Below, one piece after another: positions 18,630 to 32,000 of a DNA stretch of 32,000 nt. Made by a program: the position numbers and the translations under genes. The first letter of the stretch is position 1, and each line of letters begins with the position of its first letter. The stretch lies in NCBI GenBank assembly GCA_015223225.1, contig JADFCQ010000001.1, positions 1,047,639 through 1,079,638 of the forward strand, given 5' to 3'. Source of the stretch: Acetobacteraceae bacterium H6797 (GTDB taxonomy: Bacteria; Pseudomonadota; Alphaproteobacteria; Acetobacterales; Acetobacteraceae). The notes under the pieces are model-generated. The model saw nothing but the letters and a program-made list of their open reading frames with translations, had not been told where the DNA came from and did no database searches.

Positions 18630-18962
18630 TCACGCAAGCCCCGTCGTCAGGTCGATGCTCTGGCCTTCGGCCAGGCGCACAACAGCCTTCTTCCAATCGG
18701 AACGCTGGCCGGGACGGCCCTTGAACCGCTTGGACTTACCCTTCACCACCAGGGTGTTCACCGTGACAACCGTCACGCCGAACAGACCCTCGATGGAGGC
18801 CTTGATCTCCGGCTTCGTCGCGGAGAGAGGCACCTTAAAGGTAACCTGGCCCGTCTCGGTCAGGATCGACGCCTTTTCCGTGACGATCGGCGAGAGGATG
18901 GTCTGATACATCCGCTCGCGCGAGATCACGGGGCGCTTCGCCTTGGTCTCGGTCTCGCTCAT
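18630..18962 (-). CDS. rplW: 50S ribosomal protein L23
   Basis: [84 protein letters not shown]. Confidence 0.97.
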   Translation of the reverse strand: MSETETKAKRPVISRERMYQTILSPIVTEKASILTETGQVTFKVPLSATKPEIKASIEGLFGVTVVTVNTLVVKGKSKRFKGRPGQRSDWKKAVVRLAEGQSIDLTTGLA

Positions 18963-19573
18963 GCCAGCCGCTCCTTCAGCGCCTCGACGCCGGCGCGGGT
19001 CACCGCGAGGACGTCATGGTTGAGAATGTCGTAGACATTCGCGCCGATGGTCGGCAGCACGTCCACCTTCGGGAGGTTGCTCACGGAACGGGCGAAACCC
19101 TCGTTCACGGTCGCGTCCACCACCAGGGCGGAAGTCCAGCCGAGAGCGGCCAGCTTCTTCGCCATGACGGAGGTCTTGGCCTCGGCCTCGGCGACGTCGA
19201 GCACAACCAGCTTGCCTTCGGCAGCCTTCTGGCTCAGCGCGCTGATCAGGCCCAGGCGGCGAACCTGCTTGGGCAGCGAGTAGCCGTGGTCGCGCACGAC
19301 GGGGCCGTGAACGACGCCACCAGTGCGGAACTGCGGCGCGCGCAGCGAGCCCTGGCGGGCGTTACCCGTGCCCTTCTGGCGATAGGGCTTCTTCGTCGTG
19401 CCGGAGACCTCGCCAAGACCCTTGGTCTTGTGAGTGCCGGCGCGGCGCTTGGCCAGCTGCCAGTGAACAACGCGAGCCATGATATCAGCCCGCGGGGCGG
19501 CGCCGAACAGCGCCTCCGGGAGCTCAATCTCACCGGCCGAGCTGTTATCCAGCGTAATGACAGGAACCTGCAT
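18959..19573 (-). CDS. rplD: 50S ribosomal protein L4
   Basis: [79 protein letters not shown]. Confidence 0.98.
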   Translation of the reverse strand: MQVPVITLDNSSAGEIELPEALFGAAPRADIMARVVHWQLAKRRAGTHKTKGLGEVSGTTKKPYRQKGTGNARQGSLRAPQFRTGGVVHGPVVRDHGYSLPKQVRRLGLISALSQKAAEGKLVVLDVAEAEAKTSVMAKKLAALGWTSALVVDATVNEGFARSVSNLPKVDVLPTIGANVYDILNHDVLAVTRAGVEALKERLA

Positions 19574-19584
19574 CGTCCGATCCT

Positions 19585-20268
19585 TCAGGCCGCGACCGTC
19601 GGATAGGGCGCATCAGCGTGGCGAGCACGCTTCATCGCGTCCTTCACCAGCACGTACGAACCCTTCGACCCCGGGATGGCGCCCTTGACGAAGAGCAGAC
19701 CCTTCTCGGCGTCGACCGCCGCGATTTCCAGGTTCTGCGTCGTCACGCGCTCAACACCGAGATGGCCAGCCATCTTCTTGTTCTTGAAGGTCTTGCCCGG
19801 GTCCTGACGGTTACCCGTCGAACCATGCGAACGGTGGCTGATCGACACACCGTGCGAGGCTTCGAGACCCGAGAAGTTCCAGCGCTTCATCGCACCCGCG
19901 AAGCCCTTGCCCTTCGTCGTACCGGTCACGTCGACCTTCTGGCCCACCACGAAGTGAGCAGCGCTCAGCGCCAGGCCCGGCTCCAGGGCGGCGTCAGCCG
20001 CGACCCGGAACTCGACAACCTTCATCGGCGCCTCGACACCCGCCTTCGCGAAGTGACCCTTGTTCGCCTTCGACACGTTCTTCGGCTTGGCCTTACCCAG
20101 GCCCAGCTGAACGGCGTCGTAGCCATCCTTGGCGGCTTCGCGCTTGGCGACCACGCGCACGTTATCAACGTGCAGCAGGGTCACAGGCACGGTCGAGCCG
20201 TCGTCCTTGAACAGCCGGGACATGCCCAGCTTGCGTGCGACCAATCCGGTCCGGCCATAGATAGCCAT
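19585..20268 (-). CDS. rplC: 50S ribosomal protein L3
   Basis: [29 protein letters not shown]...[43 protein letters not shown]. The start is set at MAIYGRTG (20268). Confidence 0.97.
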   Translation of the reverse strand: MAIYGRTGLVARKLGMSRLFKDDGSTVPVTLLHVDNVRVVAKREAAKDGYDAVQLGLGKAKPKNVSKANKGHFAKAGVEAPMKVVEFRVAADAALEPGLALSAAHFVVGQKVDVTGTTKGKGFAGAMKRWNFSGLEASHGVSISHRSHGSTGNRQDPGKTFKNKKMAGHLGVERVTTQNLEIAAVDAEKGLLFVKGAIPGSKGSYVLVKDAMKRARHADAPYPTVAA

Positions 20269-20278
20269 GGCTGGTTCC

Positions 20279-20587
20279 TCAGATCTTGATCTCGACGTCC
20301 ACACCGGCAGCCAGGTCGAGCTTCATCAGCGCGTCCACGGTCTGCGGGGTGGGGTCGACGATGTCTAGAAGGCGGCGATGGGTCCGGATCTCGAACTGCT
20401 CACGCGACTTCTTATCGACGTGGGGCGAACGGTTCACGGTGAAACGTTCGATCTGCGTCGGCAGGGGGATGGGCCCGCGCACGCGCGCGCCCGTCCGCTT
20501 CGCGGTGTTGACGATCTCCCGCGTGCTGCCATCCAGCACGCGGTGATCGAACGCCTTGAGGCGGATGCGAATGTTTTGGCTATCCAT
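20279..20587 (-). CDS. rpsJ: 30S ribosomal protein S10
   Basis: [102 protein letters not shown]. The start is set at 20587. Confidence 0.98.
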   Translation of the reverse strand: MDSQNIRIRLKAFDHRVLDGSTREIVNTAKRTGARVRGPIPLPTQIERFTVNRSPHVDKKSREQFEIRTHRRLLDIVDPTPQTVDALMKLDLAAGVDVEIKI

Positions 20588-20618
20588 CTTCGTCGGACCT
20601 GTTCCGTTTCCGTCCGAC

Positions 20619-21806
<1,188 letters not shown>

Positions 21807-21830
21807 TGTCTTCGTCCCCGATCGGGTCTG

Positions 21831-22307
21831 TTACCAGCGGTAGTGGCTGAAGGCCTTGTTGGCTTCGGCCATCCGGTGCGTGTCTTCGCGCTTCTTCACG
21901 GCGGTGCCGCGATTATTCGCCGCGTCCATCAGCTCAGCCGACAGACGCTCTTCCATGGTGTGCTCACCGCGCTTGCGCGAGGAGTCGATGATCCACCGGA
22001 TCGCCAGCGCCTGGCGCCGCTCGGGGCGCACTTCGACGGGGACCTGGTAGGTCGCACCACCGACGCGGCGCGAACGCACCTCGACGGAGGGCTTCACATT
22101 GTCCATCGCCTCATGGAACAGGCGCAGGGGGTCGCTGTTCGGACCACCGCGGCGCTTGAGGGTATCCATGGCGGCGTAGACGATACGCTCGGCCGTGCTC
22201 TTCTTACCATCGTACATCAGCTGGTTCATGAACCGGCTGAGAACGAGGTCACCGAACTTCGGATCCGGCAGGACTTCGCGCTTCGCAGCGCTATGACGAC
22301 GCGACAT
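21831..22307 (-). CDS. rpsG: 30S ribosomal protein S7
   Basis: [55 protein letters not shown]...[32 protein letters not shown]. Confidence 0.98.
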   Translation of the reverse strand: MSRRHSAAKREVLPDPKFGDLVLSRFMNQLMYDGKKSTAERIVYAAMDTLKRRGGPNSDPLRLFHEAMDNVKPSVEVRSRRVGGATYQVPVEVRPERRQALAIRWIIDSSRKRGEHTMEERLSAELMDAANNRGTAVKKREDTHRMAEANKAFSHYRW

Positions 22308-22318
22308 CGATCAGATCC

Positions 22319-22690
22319 TCACTTCGGACGCTTCGCGCCATACAGCGAGCGGCGCTGACGACGCTTCGGCAGGCCCTGCGTATCCAGCACACCGCGGAGG
22401 ATGTGGTAACGCACGCCCGGAAGGTCCTTAACGCGGCCGCCGCGGATGAGCACAACGGAGTGCTCCTGCAGGTTGTGGCCTTCACCCGGGATGTAGCTCA
22501 CGACTTCATAGCCGTTGGTGAGGCGAACCTTGGCGACCTTACGAAGGGCCGAGTTCGGCTTCTTCGGCGTGGTGGTGTAGACGCGCGTGCAAACGCCACG
22601 CTTCTGCGGGCAGCCCTGCAGCGCCGGCACCTTGTTCCGAGTCGGCTTGGGATGCCGCCCGGTCGCGATGAGCTGGTTGATCGTCGGCAT
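22319..22690 (-). CDS. rpsL: 30S ribosomal protein S12
   Basis: [100 protein letters not shown]. Confidence 0.99.
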   Translation of the reverse strand: MPTINQLIATGRHPKPTRNKVPALQGCPQKRGVCTRVYTTTPKKPNSALRKVAKVRLTNGYEVVSYIPGEGHNLQEHSVVLIRGGRVKDLPGVRYHILRGVLDTQGLPKRRQRRSLYGAKRPK

Positions 22691-22893
22691 GACGCCCCTT
22701 CGAACCCGTCCAAAACTTTGCCAGCCCTGCGCCTCAAGCGTAACGGCCCGCCCAGGCTGCGACTTGCGCGACCTGTGCGGGCTCCCGCCCCGCCTCAGCC
22801 TTCATGCCCCAACCGAGGCACAGTACCGAGACGCAGAACTGTCTTCCAAAGACCACCCGGAACCCCCGAAGGAGCGCCCGGCAGAGAGCGCGC

Positions 22894-22922
22894 TTGATAT
22901 GCCCCCCACCCCCCAGAGTCAA
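22894..22922 (-). promoter_or_regulatory. Candidate sigma-70-type promoter for rpsL-rpsG-tuf operon
   Basis: On the minus strand TTGACT (22922..22917) - N17 (CTGGGGGGTGGGGGGCA) - TATCAA (22899..22894), leaving a ~200-nt leader before rpsL. Confidence 0.6.
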
Positions 22923-22948
22923 GCGAGTCCTGCCCTGGTAACGGCAAA

Positions 22949-22971
22949 GGCCGGTCCTTTTCGGACCGGCC
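22949..22971 (-). terminator. Second hairpin terminator downstream of rpoC
   Basis: On the minus strand GGCCGGTCC-GAAAA-GGACCGGCC is followed by TTTGCC. Confidence 0.55.
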
Positions 22972-23018
22972 CTGCCATGCATCGCACGCGTAACGCTCGA
23001 GGCGGTATCATAGACAGA

Positions 23019-23042
23019 AAAAGGCGCCTCGTGGCGCCTTTT
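23019..23042 (-). terminator. Rho-independent terminator of the rpoBC operon
   Basis: aaaaggcgcc-tcgt-ggcgcctttt, perfect 10-bp stem. On the minus strand the last arm GGCGCCTTTT extends to GGCGCCTTTTTCTG. It starts ~30 nt after the rpoC stop. Confidence 0.85.
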
Positions 23043-23070
23043 CCAGTCATTCCGGTCCAGCCGGCGGAGA

Positions 23071-27249
<4,179 letters not shown>

Positions 27250-27274
27250 GCGGCGATCCCCTTGCGTGAGGGCA

Positions 27275-27297
27275 CCGCCCCGGCAACACCGGGGCGG
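27275..27297. other. Hairpin in the rpoB-rpoC intergenic region
   Basis: ccgccccgg-caaca-ccggggcgg (9-bp stem, 5-nt loop). Confidence 0.6.
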
Positions 27298-27331
27298 CTT
27301 GAAGAGAAGTCAGTCTGGAAGACGGGGCCCA

Positions 27332-31519
<4,188 letters not shown>

Positions 31520-31624
31520 GCCCGTCCTGCTTCCCTTCTTCCCGGCGAAAACCCCGGCCGGAGGGTAACTTGATACCCAAGACGCATCCGAACCGGGATT
31601 GGCTCGGCTGCGAAACGCAGGCGC

Positions 31625-31656
31625 GGACGGGAACCCGTTAGGATTCCCGCCCGTCC
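31625..31656. other. Hairpin in the rplL-rpoB intergenic region (possible attenuator/processing site)
   Basis: ggacggg-N18-cccgtcc with an alternative inner stem cgggaa/ttcccg. It sits where attenuators/processing sites are known in rplL-rpoB spacers of other bacteria. Confidence 0.5.
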
Positions 31657-31718
31657 CGTCAGTACTTTACTCGCCCATCAGCCCCAACAGACTACCGCCG
31701 GGGTGACGGGCGCGAAGG

Positions 31719-32000
<282 letters not shown>

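Noticed and set aside
11881-18962. Numerous 1-8 nt gene overlaps (TAATG, ATGA) in the ribosomal cluster
   Set aside because: This is normal translational coupling in S10/spc operons, not evidence of anything novel.
22319-22690. Possible streptomycin-resistance variant in rpsL
   Set aside because: The [13 protein letters not shown] and [12 protein letters not shown] regions retain the canonical lysines. No resistance-type substitution is evident.

Overview
This 32 kb window comes from a GC-rich alphaproteobacterial chromosome, probably Acetobacteraceae/Rhodospirillales-like (lineage is inferred from protein style only). About 25 kb (~6.5-32 kb) is one conserved, minus-strand information-processing block. 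In transcription order it reads rplL(partial)-rpoB-rpoC // rpsL-rpsG-tuf-rpsJ-rplC-rplD-rplW-rplB-rpsS-rplV-rpsC-rplP-rpmC-rpsQ-rplN-rplX-rplE-rpsN-rpsH-rplF-rplR-rpsE-rpmD-rplO-secY-adk-rpsM-rpsK-rpoA-rplQ. The left 6.5 kb is ordinary metabolic and accessory content: a divergent partial LysR regulator, a DapA-family aldolase/synthase, an SDR oxidoreductase, a PotD/PotH/PotI-like ABC importer lacking a local ATPase, and an FhuF-like ferric reductase with a probable Fur box. I found no convincing undescribed multi-gene system, CRISPR array, prophage or transposase. The items most worth a second look are: (1) an almost symmetrical pair of ~197-bp hairpin-rich composite repeats in inverted orientation around the SDR gene; (2) absence of fusA between rpsG and tuf; (3) a Fur-box-like site upstream of fhuF; (4) a bidirectional-looking terminator inside the annotated 3' end of fhuF; (5) tandem terminators and a good promoter candidate between rpoC and rpsL.
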